DNA of 33,904 nucleotides from a virus (Duplodnaviria; Heunggongvirae; Uroviricota; Caudoviricetes): IMG/VR virus record IMGVR_UViG_2541047875_000010, positions 1 to 33,904 of that record; one strand, 5' to 3'. Shown piece by piece: positions 14,929 to 28,205 of this stretch (position 1 is its first letter; each line of letters starts with the position of its first letter). The notes under the pieces were generated by a model. It saw only the letters and a program-made list of their open reading frames with translations, ran no database searches and was not told where the DNA came from. The position numbers and the translations under genes were made by a program.

Positions 14929-15243
14929 ATGACTCAAAACTATGAACTGATTGTGAAAGGGATCCGCAATTTTGAGAATAAAGTTACGGTAACTTTAGCG
15001 TTACGGGACAAAAAACGCGTTGACGGTGAAATTTTTGACCTGGACATCTCGCTGAACCGTGTTGAAGGTGCCGCGCTGGAGTTTTATGAGGCAGCAGCCA
15101 GAAGGAGCATCAGACAGGTCTTCCTGGATGTTGCTGCCGGGTTATGTGAAGGGGACGAGCTGTTGCCAGAAACGCGCCCCTGTTCAGAGGCGCGGTATAC
15201 CATAAAAATTAACAGTTCAGATAACTCGATTACTGGTTGTTAG
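14929..15243 (+). CDS. YdfR-like protein (DUF1327) inserted between holin and endolysin
   Basis: 104-aa ORF with GGGAGAG RBS immediately after the holin stop; same position and size as Qin prophage ydfR. Confidence 0.55.
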   Translation: MTQNYELIVKGIRNFENKVTVTLALRDKKRVDGEIFDLDISLNRVEGAALEFYEAAARRSIRQVFLDVAAGLCEGDELLPETRPCSEARYTIKINSSDNSITGC

Positions 15244-15479
15244 CCTTTTGTTTCAGTTGGCTTTCCAATATCTTTCATTGGTAGCAGCATTTCCAGATTG
15301 CTTTTGATATATGGATTATTTACATGTTCATTTAATTGATGAATGATTCCATTTTTTTCATTCTGGTCCAGTACGGAAAATATTACTGTAATCATATATT
15401 TAAGAGCTTCAATTTCTTTTGCTGTTGATGCAGGAGATGAGCAGTCAGCTGTAATATTGAAAAAAACTTCTTTTTGCAT
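15240..15479 (-). CDS. hypothetical AT-rich small protein (79 aa) antisense within the lysis cassette
   Basis: Minus-strand ATG 15479 with GAGGG 6 nt upstream; strongly AT-rich relative to flanks; stop overlaps the stop of the convergent YdfR-like gene; no family recognised. Confidence 0.4.
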   Translation of the reverse strand: MQKEVFFNITADCSSPASTAKEIEALKYMITVIFSVLDQNEKNGIIHQLNEHVNNPYIKSNLEMLLPMKDIGKPTETKG

Positions 15480-15613
15480 ATCAAACCCTCAGATGGGGTA
15501 GCTCAGCCAGCATCCCCCATAATCCTTAACCAGAGCGCCAGTGTCCTACCACTGACGGGCTGAATGCTTAACATATCCAGGGTTCAGAAACCGATAAATC
15601 CTGATAAATATCT

Positions 15614-16147
15614 ATGAACACAAAAATCAGATACGGCCTGTCGGCTGCCGTTCTGGCGCTGATTGGTGCTGGCGCATCTGCTCCTCAGATACTTGACCAG
15701 TTTCTGGACGAAAAAGAAGGTAACCACACAATGGCATACCGCGATGGTTCTGGCATATGGACCATCTGTCGGGGTGCCACAGTGGTGGATGGAAAAACCG
15801 TTTTTCCCAATATGAAACTGTCGAAGGAAAAATGCGACCAGGTCAACGCCATTGAGCGTGATAAGGTGCTGGCATGGGTGGAGCGCAATATTAAAGTACC
15901 ACTGACCGAACCACAAAAAGCGGGTATCGCGTCATTTTGTCCCTATAACATTGGCCCCGGTAAGTGTTTCCCGTCGACGTTTTATAAGCGGCTTAATGCC
16001 GGTGATCGTAAAGGTGCCTGTGAGTCGATTCGCTGGTGGATTAAGGACGGTGGGCGTGATTGCCGCACACGTTCAAATAACTGCTACGGACAGGTTATTC
16101 GTCGTGACCAGGAAAGCGCATTAGCCTGTTGGGGGATAGATCAGTGA
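15614..16147 (+). CDS. SAR endolysin (lysozyme, R21-type)
   Basis: N-terminal SAR-like segment [17 protein letters not shown] followed by a lysozyme catalytic region (FLDEKEGNH...WTICRG...) resembling phage 21 R. Confidence 0.85.
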   Translation: MNTKIRYGLSAAVLALIGAGASAPQILDQFLDEKEGNHTMAYRDGSGIWTICRGATVVDGKTVFPNMKLSKEKCDQVNAIERDKVLAWVERNIKVPLTEPQKAGIASFCPYNIGPGKCFPSTFYKRLNAGDRKGACESIRWWIKDGGRDCRTRSNNCYGQVIRRDQESALACWGIDQ

Positions 16148-16605
16148 GCAGAGTCGCCGCGATTATTTATGTTCTGGTTATCTGCATCATCGTCTGCCTG
16201 TCGTGGGCTGTTAATCATTACCGTGATAACGCCATTACCTACAAAGCCCAGCGCGACAAAAATGCCAGAGAACTGAAGCTGGCGAACGCGGCAATTACTG
16301 ACATACAGATGCGTCAGCGTGATGTTGCTGCGCTCGATGCAAAATACACGAAGGAGTTAGCTGATGCGAAAGCTGAAAATGATGCTCTGCGTGATGATGT
16401 TGCCGCTGGTCGTCGTCGGTTGCACATCAAAGCAGTCTGTCAGTCAGTGCGTGAAGCCACCACCGCCTCCGGCGTGGATAATGCAGCCTCCCCCCGACTG
16501 GCAGACACCGCTGAACGGGATTATTTCACCCTCAGAGAGAGGCTGATCACTATGCAAAAACAACTGGAAGGAACCCAGAAGTATATTAATGAGCAGTGCA
16601 GATAG
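16144..16605 (+). CDS. Rz: i-spanin Rz
   Basis: From the GTG at 16144 (overlapping the endolysin stop) the translation matches my recollection of lambda Rz nearly residue for residue. Confidence 0.85.
   Translation: MSRVAAIIYVLVICIIVCLSWAVNHYRDNAITYKAQRDKNARELKLANAAITDIQMRQRDVAALDAKYTKELADAKAENDALRDDVAAGRRRLHIKAVCQSVREATTASGVDNAASPRLADTAERDYFTLRERLITMQKQLEGTQKYINEQCR
16364..16546 (+). CDS. Rz1: o-spanin Rz1 (embedded in Rz in the +1 frame)
   Basis: [24 protein letters not shown]...PPPPPAW: lipobox VVGC and proline-rich region as in lambda Rz1; fully nested in Rz. Confidence 0.85.
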   Translation: MRKLKMMLCVMMLPLVVVGCTSKQSVSQCVKPPPPPAWIMQPPPDWQTPLNGIISPSERG

Positions 16606-16636
16606 AGCTGCCCATATCGATGGGCAACTCATGCAA

Positions 16637-16921
16637 TTATTGTGAGCAATACACACGCGCTTCCAGCGGAGTATAAATGCCTAAAGTAATAAAACCGAGC
16701 AATCCATTTACGAATGTTTGCTGGGTTTCTGTTTTAACAACATTTTCTGCACCACCACAAATTTTTGCTGCATCGACAGTTTTCTTCTGCCCAATTCCCG
16801 AAACGAAGAAATGATGGGTGATGGTTTCCTTTGGTGTTACTGCTGTAGGTTTGTTTCCAACAGTAAACGTCTGTTGAGCACATCCTGTAATAAGCATTGC
16901 CAGAGCGGCAGAAAACAACAT
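16637..16921 (-). CDS. bor: Bor lipoprotein (serum-resistance lipoprotein family)
   Basis: MLFSAALAMLITGCAQQTFTV...EARVYCSQ matches lambda Bor with lipobox LITGC; opposite strand to the lysis genes as in lambda. Confidence 0.85.
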   Translation of the reverse strand: MLFSAALAMLITGCAQQTFTVGNKPTAVTPKETITHHFFVSGIGQKKTVDAAKICGGAENVVKTETQQTFVNGLLGFITLGIYTPLEARVYCSQ

Positions 16922-17409
16922 TTTTTCATCTTATTATCCTGCATTGTTAAAAACGGCAGAATCCTATGTGACAACAATTAAACGATAGTTAAATGGATTG
17001 ATGAAAATTAAAACTACACAGGTGGGCTCAGACTATTGGAGGGAGTTGGGGACACTCAGAATCCTGTGGAATGAAATAAACCGGTCTATCCGTCCATTAC
17101 CCTTTTAGCTGCGCTGTATCGTCGCCGTATTCCCGCATTAACCATGACCGTAGCCCGACGGGGAATTCCTTCTGCGTGAGTGTGCGGGAATAATTAAAAA
17201 CGATGCACACCGGGTTTTTACCGCGTTAATGATTCGCGGGTTTATCCCGGTGCGATGGTGGAAGAAACAGGAAGCTGTATTACAGAAAGTGCTACTACTG
17301 TATCCCGATGCGATGTATGTAATGTGAGTCAGATAATGGCACAGGATGTGGTGATGTGGCAGTCTGGAACACAGGATATATTGTCAGAATAAGACCCGTA
17401 GGAATAAAA

Positions 17410-17736
17410 ATGAAAAGACGTCTTTTACTACTTTTTCTGTTATCTGTCCTGGCAGTGGGATGCTCGCAGCAAAAAGCTGATGAGCCCCGGCAATTAGTGA
17501 CGGTGTATCCACGATATCCGGAATATGCTGCAGCAAATTATATCAAGGGGCTGGTTGAGGTTAAGTTCGATATTGGTGCTGATGGGACTGTGACACGGAT
17601 CGTTTTTCTCCGCTCAGAGCCTCATAATTTGTTTCGTGATGAAGTGGTGAAGGCCATGGCGAAATGGCGATTTGAAAAGAATCGCCCCTGTCAGGGAGTG
17701 AAGAGACAATTTATCTTTACGCCGTCACGTCCCTGA
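17410..17736 (+). CDS. lipoprotein with TonB C-terminal-like domain
   Basis: ATG 17410 with AGGA upstream; signal peptide with lipobox LAVGCSQQ; YPRYPEYAAANYIKGLVEVKFDIGADGTVTRIVFLRSEP...FRDEVVKAMAKWRFE follows the TonB C-terminal pattern. Confidence 0.55.
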   Translation: MKRRLLLLFLLSVLAVGCSQQKADEPRQLVTVYPRYPEYAAANYIKGLVEVKFDIGADGTVTRIVFLRSEPHNLFRDEVVKAMAKWRFEKNRPCQGVKRQFIFTPSRP

Positions 17737-17858
17737 TGCTTCCAGGTAGAGAGGGGCTGGAAGCAGGAGAAAAATGAAAGAGCCAGCGGTTATATTTTTG
17801 TCATGGCTGACGAGGAATGATGGAAGAAGGCGTTGTATGCCACACAACGCCTCACTGT

Positions 17859-18038
17859 TCATTTCTTCTTTTTCTCTGGTGGAACCCGATGAATAAGAGT
17901 TGCACTGGTTTCCGATGAGATGGCGATATACTCGGGCAAAGTATGCTGGCAGTTTTCCAACTGGTCAAAAATACCTGCTCTCGTCTGTTGCAATGCCTGC
18001 AGCATGCGGCGGCAATGCGCCTTGCTTTTACTAACCAT
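17859..18038 (-). CDS. small hypothetical protein (59 aa)
   Basis: Internal ATG of track ORF 17859-18212, preceded by AGGAAGGA; no family recognised. Confidence 0.3.
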   Translation of the reverse strand: MVSKSKAHCRRMLQALQQTRAGIFDQLENCQHTLPEYIAISSETSATLIHRVPPEKKKK

Positions 18039-18099
18039 CTTTCCTTCCTCTATCAGTCGCTGCGTGAACTCATCATGGAATACCAGGTAAATGCGGATG

Positions 18100-18351
18100 T
18101 TATCGGTTTTGGCTACGCAGCATAGTACAAAACGGACAGGTGCATCCCGGGACGGGGGAGGCGTCACATGTCCCTGTGATGGTTGTTCCGGGTAATGCAC
18201 TGTGTGGGGCATAAAAATGTCCGATAATTTTACTTTCTACCGCAGTTAGTTGATTCGTTGGTCCTGGTAGCACATTGGGCGAGGATTTAAATGCCAGGCA
18301 ACTGAAGGATGATGTCGCAAGGGAGATAGCGAGAATATTTCTGATTTTCAT
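18100..18351 (-). CDS. small secreted Cys-rich hypothetical protein (83 aa)
   Basis: Internal ATG with GAGG upstream; signal-peptide-like N-terminus MKIRNILAISLATSSFSCLA; C-terminal Cys cluster TGTCDASPVPGCTCPFC. Confidence 0.35.
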   Translation of the reverse strand: MKIRNILAISLATSSFSCLAFKSSPNVLPGPTNQLTAVESKIIGHFYAPHSALPGTTITGTCDASPVPGCTCPFCTMLRSQNR

Positions 18352-18499
18352 TTGATGATGCCTCTGTGTGAAATGACGGTAAACGACGCACTTGTGCCGG
18401 CACATAATAGCAAGCACCATAATAGATCAGATTCGATTCTTGCTGTAAGTGATAATTATTCTCGTTTTTGGGTCCTTTCCGTCGATCCAACAGGTTACG

Positions 18500-18511
18500 G
18501 GGCGGCGACCG
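18500..18511. other. cos site (cosN cohesive-end sequence, lambda-type)
   Basis: GGGCGGCGACCG followed by CGCGGGTTTTCGCTATTTATGAAAATTTTCCGGTTTAAGG..., matching the left end of lambda from memory except the 12th base (G here, T in lambda); cosB region continues to Nu1. Confidence 0.8.
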
Positions 18512-18688
18512 CGCGGGTTTTCGCTATTTATGAAAATTTTCCGGTTTAAGGCGTTTCCGTTCTTCTTCGCCGTAACTTAATGTTTTTATTTAAAACACCC
18601 CCTGAAAAGAAAGGAAACGACAGGTGCTGAAAACGGGCTTTTTGGCCTCTGTCGTTTCCTTTCTCTGTTTTTGTCCGTGGAATGAACA

Positions 18689-19208
18689 ATGGAAGTCAAC
18701 AAAAAGCAGCTGGCTGACATTTTCGGTGCGAGTATCCGTACCATTCAGAACTGGCAGGAACAGGGAATGCCCGTTCTGCGAGGCGGTGGCAAGGGTAATG
18801 AGGTGCTTTATGACTCTGCCGCCGTTATAAAATGGTATGCCGAAAGGGATGCTGAAATTGAGAACGAAAAGCTGCGCCGGGAGGTTGAAGAACTGCGGCA
18901 GGCCAGCGAGGCAGATCTCCAGCCAGGGACTATTGAGTACGAACGCCATCGACTTACGCGTGCGCAGGCCGACGCACAGGAGCTGAAAAATGCCAGAGAC
19001 TCCGCTGAAGTGGTGGAAACTGCATTCTGTACTTTCGTGCTGTCGCGGATCGCAGGTGAAATTGCCAGTATTCTCGACGGGATCCCCCTGTCGGTGCAGC
19101 GGCGTTTTCCGGAACTGGAAAACCGACATGTTGATTTCCTGAAACGGGATATCATCAAAGCCATGAACAAAGCAGCCGCGCTGGATGAACTGATACCGGG
19201 GTTGCTGA

Positions 19209-19234
<26 letters not shown>
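18689..19234 (+). CDS. Nu1: terminase small subunit Nu1
   Basis: MEVNKKQLADIFGASIRTIQNWQEQGMPVLRGGGKGNEVLYD... matches lambda Nu1 as recalled. Confidence 0.95.
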
Positions 19235-22915
<3,681 letters not shown>

Positions 22916-22935
<20 letters not shown>

Positions 22936-24235
22936 TCTCCCGCATATTGCCAGCATGGCCTTTAATGAGCCGCTGATGCTTGAACCCGCCTATGCGCGGG
23001 TTTTCTTTTGTGCGCTTGCAGGCCAGCTTGGGATCAGCCGCCTGACGGATGCGGTGTCCGGTGACAGCCTGACTGCCGGAGAGGCACCCGCGACGCTGGC
23101 GTTATCCGTTGATGATGACGGACCACGACAGGCCCGCAGTTATCAGGTCATGAACGGCATCGCCGTGCTGCCGGTGTCCGGCACGCTGGTCAGCCGGACG
23201 CGGGCGCTGCAGCCGTATTCGGGGATGACCGGTTACAACGGCATTATCGCCCGTCTGCAACAGGCTGCCAGCGATCCGATGGTGGACGGCATTCTGCTCG
23301 ATATGGACACGCCCGGCGGGATGGTGGCGGGGGCATTTGACTGCGCTGACATCATCGCCCGTGTGCGTGACATAAAACCTGTGTGGGCGCTGGCCAACGA
23401 CATGAACTGCAGTGCAGGTCAGCTGCTTGCCAGTGCCGCCTCCCGGCGTCTGGTCACGCAGACCGCCCGGACAGGCTCCATCGGCGTCATGATGGCTCAC
23501 AGTAATTACGGTGCTGCGCTGGAGAAACAGGGGGTGGAAATCACGCTGATTTACAGCGGCAGCCATAAGGTGGATGGCAACCCCTACAGCCATCTTCCGG
23601 ATGACGTCCGGGAGACACTGCAGTCCCGGATGGATGCAACCCGCCGGATGTTTGCGCAGAAGGTGTCGGCATATACCGGCCTGTCCGTGCAGGCTGTTCT
23701 GGATACCGAGGCTGCAGTGTACAGCGGTCAGGAGGCCATTGATGCCGGACTGGCTGATGAACTTGTTAACAGCACCGATGCGATCACCGTCATGCGTGAT
23801 GCACTGGATGCACGTAAATCCTGTCTCTCAGGAGGGCGAATGACCAAAGAGACCCAATCAACAACTGTTTCAGCCACTGCTTCGCAGACTGACGTTACTG
23901 ACGTGATGCCAGCGACGGAGGGCGAAAACGCCAGCGCGGCGCAGCCGGACGTGAACGCGCAGATCACCGCAGCGGTTGCGGCAGAAAACAGCCGCATTAT
24001 GGGGATCCTCAACTGTGAGGAGGCTCACGGACGCGAAGAACAGGCCCGCGTGCTGGCTGAAACCCCCGGTATGACTGTGGAAACGGCCCGCCGCATTCTG
24101 GCCGCAGCACCACAGAGTGCACAGGCGCGCAGTGACACTGCGCTGGATCGTCTGATGCAGGGGGCACCGGCACCGCTGGCTGCAGGTAACCCGGCATCTG
24201 ATGCCGTTAACGATTTGCTGAACACACCAGTGTAA
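22916..24235 (+). CDS. C: capsid maturation protease C (S49 family)
   Basis: 439-aa translation matches lambda gpC as recalled. Confidence 0.9.
23630..24235 (+). CDS. Nu3: scaffolding protein Nu3 (in-frame internal start within C)
   Basis: In-frame ATG at 23630 (MDATRRMFAQ...) at the offset where lambda Nu3 initiates inside C; shares the C stop. Confidence 0.55.
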   Translation: MDATRRMFAQKVSAYTGLSVQAVLDTEAAVYSGQEAIDAGLADELVNSTDAITVMRDALDARKSCLSGGRMTKETQSTTVSATASQTDVTDVMPATEGENASAAQPDVNAQITAAVAAENSRIMGILNCEEAHGREEQARVLAETPGMTVETARRILAAAPQSAQARSDTALDRLMQGAPAPLAAGNPASDAVNDLLNTPV

Positions 24236-24244
24236 GGGATGTTT

Positions 24245-24577
24245 ATGACGAGCAAAGAAACCTTTACCCATTACCAGCCGCTGGGCAACAGTGACCCGGC
24301 TCATACCGCAACCGCGCCCGGCGGATTGAGTGCGAAAACGCCTGCAATGACCCCGCTGATGCTGGACACCTCCACCCGTAAGCTGGTTGCGTGGGATGGC
24401 ACCACCGACGGTGCTGCCGTTGGCATTCTTGCGGTTGCTGCTGACCAGACCAGCACCACGCTGACGTTCTACAAGTCCGGCACGTTCCGTTATGAGGATG
24501 TGCTCTGGCCGGAGGCTGCCAGCGACGAGACGAAAAAACGGACCGCGTTTGCCGGAACGGCAATCAGCATCGTTTAA
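24245..24577 (+). CDS. D: capsid decoration protein D
   Basis: [27 protein letters not shown]... matches lambda gpD; start at ATG 24245 rather than the track start at 24239. Confidence 0.9.
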   Translation: MTSKETFTHYQPLGNSDPAHTATAPGGLSAKTPAMTPLMLDTSTRKLVAWDGTTDGAAVGILAVAADQTSTTLTFYKSGTFRYEDVLWPEAASDETKKRTAFAGTAISIV

Positions 24578-24597
24578 CTTTACCCTTCATCACTAAA

Positions 24598-24619
24598 GGC
24601 CGCCTGTGCGGCTTTTTTT
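24598..24619 (+). terminator. rho-independent terminator-like hairpin between D and E
   Basis: GGCCGC-ctgt-GCGGC followed by TTTTTTT. Confidence 0.55.
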
Positions 24620-24632
24620 ACGGGATTTTTTT

Positions 24633-25658
24633 ATGTCGATGTACACAACCGCCCAGCTGCTGGCGGCAAATGAGAAGAAATTTAAGTTTGATCCGCTGTT
24701 TCTGCGTCTCTTTTTCCGTGAGAGCTATCCCTTCACCACGGAGAAAGTCTATCTCTCACAAATTCCGGGACTGGTAAACATGGCGCTGTACGTTTCGCCG
24801 ATTGTTTCCGGTGAGGTTATCCGTTCCCGTGGCGGCTCCACCTCTGAATTTACGCCGGGATATGTCAAGCCGAAGCATGAGGTGAATCCGCAGATGACCC
24901 TGCGTCGCCTGCCGGATGAAGATCCGCAGAATCTGGCGGACCCGGCTTACCGCCGCCGTCGCATCATCATGCAGAACATGCGAGACGAGGAGCTGGCCAT
25001 TGCCCAGGTCGAAGAGATGCAGGCCGTTTCTGCCGTGCTTAAGGGCAAATACACCATGACCGGTGAAGCCTTCGATCCGGTTGAGGTGGATATGGGCCGC
25101 AGTGCGGCCAACAACATCACGCAGTCCGGCGGCACGGAGTGGAGCAAGCGTGACAAGTCCACGTATGACCCGACCGACGATATCGAAGCCTACGCGCTGA
25201 ACGCCAGCGGTGTGGTGAATATCATCGTGTTTGATCCGAAAGGCTGGGCGCTGTTCCGTTCCTTCAAAGCCGTCAAGGAGAAGCTGGATACCCGTCGCGG
25301 CTCTCATTCCGAGCTGGAGACAGCGGTAAAAGACCTGGGCGAAGCGGTGTCCTATAAGGGGATGTATGGCGATACGGCGATCGTCGTGTATTCCGGACAG
25401 TACGTGGAAAACGACGTCAAAAAGAACTTCCTGCCGGACAACACGATGGTGCTGGGGAACACTCAGGCACGCGGTCTGCGCACCTATGGCTGCATTCAGG
25501 ATGCGGACGCACAGCGCGAAGGTATTAACGCCTCTGCCCGCTACCCGAAAAACTGGGTGACCACCGGCGATCCGGCGCGTGAGTTCACCATGATTCAGTC
25601 AGCACCGCTGATGCTGCTGGCTGACCCTGATGCGTTCGTGTCCGTACAACTGGCGTAA
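24633..25658 (+). CDS. E: major capsid protein E
   Basis: MSMYTTAQLLAANEKKFKFDPLFLRLFF... matches lambda gpE (341 aa); start at ATG 24633. Confidence 0.95.
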   Translation: MSMYTTAQLLAANEKKFKFDPLFLRLFFRESYPFTTEKVYLSQIPGLVNMALYVSPIVSGEVIRSRGGSTSEFTPGYVKPKHEVNPQMTLRRLPDEDPQNLADPAYRRRRIIMQNMRDEELAIAQVEEMQAVSAVLKGKYTMTGEAFDPVEVDMGRSAANNITQSGGTEWSKRDKSTYDPTDDIEAYALNASGVVNIIVFDPKGWALFRSFKAVKEKLDTRRGSHSELETAVKDLGEAVSYKGMYGDTAIVVYSGQYVENDVKKNFLPDNTMVLGNTQARGLRTYGCIQDADAQREGINASARYPKNWVTTGDPAREFTMIQSAPLMLLADPDAFVSVQLA

Positions 25659-25699
25659 TCATGGCCCTTCGGGGCCATTTTCTCTCTGTGGAGGAGTCC

Positions 25700-26095
25700 A
25701 TGACGAAAGATGAACTGATTGCCCGTCTTCAGGTGCTGGGTGAGCAACTGAACCGTGATGTCAGCCTGACGGGGACGAAAGAAGAACTGGCACTCCGTGT
25801 GGCAGAGCTGGAAGAGGAGCTTGATGACACGGATGACGATGCCGGTCAGGACACATCTGTCAGCCCGAAAAATGCGCTGACCGGACATGAAAATGAGGTG
25901 GTATCAGCGCAGCCGGATACCGTGACTGATACGGCTGATCTGGTCACGGTTGTGGCACTGGTGACGCTGCATACTGATGCACTTCACGCCACGCGGGATG
26001 AGGCTGTGGCATTTGCGCTGCCGGGAACGGCGTTCCGTGTCTCTGCCGGTGTGGCAGCTGAAATGACAGAACGTGGTCTGGCCAGAATGCAATAA
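25700..26095 (+). CDS. FI: DNA packaging protein FI
   Basis: MTKDELIARLQVLGEQLNRDVSLTGTKEELALRVAELEEELDD... matches lambda FI; start at internal ATG 25700. Confidence 0.9.
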   Translation: MTKDELIARLQVLGEQLNRDVSLTGTKEELALRVAELEEELDDTDDDAGQDTSVSPKNALTGHENEVVSAQPDTVTDTADLVTVVALVTLHTDALHATRDEAVAFALPGTAFRVSAGVAAEMTERGLARMQ

Positions 26096-26106
26096 CGGGA
26101 GGCGCT

Positions 26107-26460
26107 GTGGCTGATTTCGATAACCTGTTCGATGCTGCCATTGCCCGCGCCGATGAAACGATACGCGGGTACATGGGAACGTCAGTCACCATGACATCCG
26201 GTGAGCTGTCCGGTGCTGTGATACGTGGTGTTTTTGATGATCCTGAAAATATCAGCTATGCCGGACAGGGCGTGCGTGTTGAAGGCTCCAGCCCGTCCCT
26301 GTTTGTCCGGACTGATGATGTGCGGCAGCTGCGGCGCGGCGACACGCTGACCATCGGTGAGGAAAACTTCTGGATAGACCGGATTTCGCCGGATGATGGC
26401 GGAAGCTGTCATCTCTGGCTTGGGCGTGGCGTACCGCCTGCCGTTAACCGTCGCCGCTGA
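26107..26460 (+). CDS. FII: head-tail connector protein FII
   Basis: MADFDNLFDAAIARADETIRGYMGTS... matches lambda FII; apparent GTG start with GGGAGG RBS. Confidence 0.9.
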   Translation: MADFDNLFDAAIARADETIRGYMGTSVTMTSGELSGAVIRGVFDDPENISYAGQGVRVEGSSPSLFVRTDDVRQLRRGDTLTIGEENFWIDRISPDDGGSCHLWLGRGVPPAVNRRR

Positions 26461-26471
26461 AGGGGGGATGT

Positions 26472-27050
26472 ATGGCCATAAAAGGTCTTGAGCAGGCCGT
26501 TGAAAACCTCAGTCGTATCAGCAGAACTGCGGTGCCCGGTGCGTCAGCAATGGCCATTAACCGCGTTGCTTCATCAGCCATATCGCAGTCGGCGGCACAG
26601 GTTGCCCGTGAGACAAAGGTACGCCGGAAACTGGTAAAGGAAAGGGCCAGGCTGAAAAGGGCCACGGTCAAAAATCCGCAGGCCAGAATCAGGGTTAACC
26701 GGGGGGATTTGCCCGTAATAAAGCTGGGTAACGCGCGGGTTGTCTTGTCCCGACGCAGGCGTCGTAAAAAGGGGCAGCGTTCATCCCTGAAAGGTGGCGG
26801 CAGCGTGCTTGTGGTGGGAAACCGTCGTATTCCCGGCGCGTTTATTCAGCAACTGAAAAATGGCCGGTGGCATGTCATGCAGCGTGTGGCCGGGAAAAAC
26901 CGCTACCCCATTGATGTGGTGAAAATCCCGATGGCGGTGCCGCTGACCACGGCGTTTAAACAGAATATTGAGCGGATACGGCGTGAGCGTCTTCCGAAAG
27001 AGCTGGGCTATGCGCTGCAGCATCAACTTAGGATGGTAATAAAGCGATGA
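26472..27050 (+). CDS. Z: tail assembly protein Z
   Basis: 192-aa translation matches lambda gpZ as recalled. Confidence 0.9.
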   Translation: MAIKGLEQAVENLSRISRTAVPGASAMAINRVASSAISQSAAQVARETKVRRKLVKERARLKRATVKNPQARIRVNRGDLPVIKLGNARVVLSRRRRRKKGQRSSLKGGGSVLVVGNRRIPGAFIQQLKNGRWHVMQRVAGKNRYPIDVVKIPMAVPLTTAFKQNIERIRRERLPKELGYALQHQLRMVIKR

Positions 27051-27442
27051 AACATACTGATATCCGTGCAGCCGTACTGGATGCACTGGAGAAGCATGAC
27101 ACCGGGGCGACGCTTTTTGATGGTCGCCCCGCTGTTTTTGATGAGGCGGATTTTCCGGCAGTTGCCGTTTATCTCACCGGCGCTGAATACACGGGCGAAG
27201 AGCTGGACAGCGATACCTGGCAGGCGGAGCTGCATATTGAAGTTTTCCTGCCTGCTCAGGTGCCGGATTCAGAGCTGGATTCGTGGATGGAGTCCCGGAT
27301 TTATCCGGTGATGAGCGATATCCCGGCACTGTCAGATTTGATCACCAGTATGGTGGCCAGTGGCTATGACTACCGGCGCGACGATGATGCGGGCCTGTGG
27401 AGTTCAGCCGATCTGACGTATGTCATTACCTATGAAATGTGA
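27047..27442 (+). CDS. U: tail terminator protein U
   Basis: 131-aa translation matches lambda gpU as recalled. Confidence 0.9.
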   Translation: MKHTDIRAAVLDALEKHDTGATLFDGRPAVFDEADFPAVAVYLTGAEYTGEELDSDTWQAELHIEVFLPAQVPDSELDSWMESRIYPVMSDIPALSDLITSMVASGYDYRRDDDAGLWSSADLTYVITYEM

Positions 27443-27449
27443 GGACGAT

Positions 27450-28190
27450 ATGCCAACACCAAATCCTCTGGCACCGGTGAAAGGGGCCGGGACCACACTG
27501 TGGGTTTATAACGGGAGCGGCGACCCTTATGCAAATCCGCTTTCAGACGTTGACTGGTCGCGTCTGGCTAAAGTTAAAGACCTGACGCCCGGCGAACTGA
27601 CTGCTGAGTCCTATGACGACAGTTATCTTGATGATGAAGATGCGGACTGGACCGCGACCGGACAGGGGCAGAAATCCGCCGGAGATACCAGCTTCACGCT
27701 GGCGTGGAAACCCGCAGAGCAGGGGCAGCAGGCGCTGCTGGCGTGGTTTAATGAAGGGGATGTCCGGGCTTATAAAATCCGCTTCCCGAACGGCACGGTC
27801 GATGTGTTCCGTGGCTGGGTCAGCAGTATCGGTAAGGCGGTGACGGCGAAGGAAATGATCACCCGCACGGTGAAGGTCACCAATGTGGGACGCCCGTCGA
27901 TGGCAGAAGATCGCAGCACGGTAACAGCGGCAACCGGTATGACAGTAACGCCAGCCAGTGCTTCTGTAGTGAAAGGGAAGAGCACCACGCTGACCGTGGC
28001 ATTCCAGCCGGAAGGCGCAACCGACAAGAGCTTCCGTGCGGTGTCTGCGGATAAAACAAAAGCCACCGTGTCGGTCAGTGGTATGACCATCACTGTGAAC
28101 GGCGTTGCTGCAGGCAGGGTCAACATTCCGGTCGTATCCGGTAATGGTGAACTTGCTGCGGTTGCAGAAATCACCGTTACCGACAGTTAA
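27450..28190 (+). CDS. V: major tail tube protein V (with C-terminal Ig-like domain)
   Basis: [36 protein letters not shown]... matches lambda gpV (246 aa); start at ATG 27450. Confidence 0.9.
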   Translation: MPTPNPLAPVKGAGTTLWVYNGSGDPYANPLSDVDWSRLAKVKDLTPGELTAESYDDSYLDDEDADWTATGQGQKSAGDTSFTLAWKPAEQGQQALLAWFNEGDVRAYKIRFPNGTVDVFRGWVSSIGKAVTAKEMITRTVKVTNVGRPSMAEDRSTVTAATGMTVTPASASVVKGKSTTLTVAFQPEGATDKSFRAVSADKTKATVSVSGMTITVNGVAAGRVNIPVVSGNGELAAVAEITVTDS

Positions 28191-28205
28191 TCCGGAGAGT
28201 CAGCG

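Noticed and set aside
15495-15562. tRNA-like impression (GGGGTAGCTCAG ... CCCCCATAATCC) upstream of the endolysin gene
   Set aside because: Contains a D-arm-like GCTCAG and a CAT triplet, but no consistent acceptor, anticodon or T stems can be paired on either strand.
16908-16935. Possible phase-variable A-run at the bor start (ATGAAAAAATG)
   Set aside because: The upstream ATG is out of frame with Bor; my impression that lambda has one more A here is from memory only, and a 6-A run is too short to argue for slipped-strand regulation.
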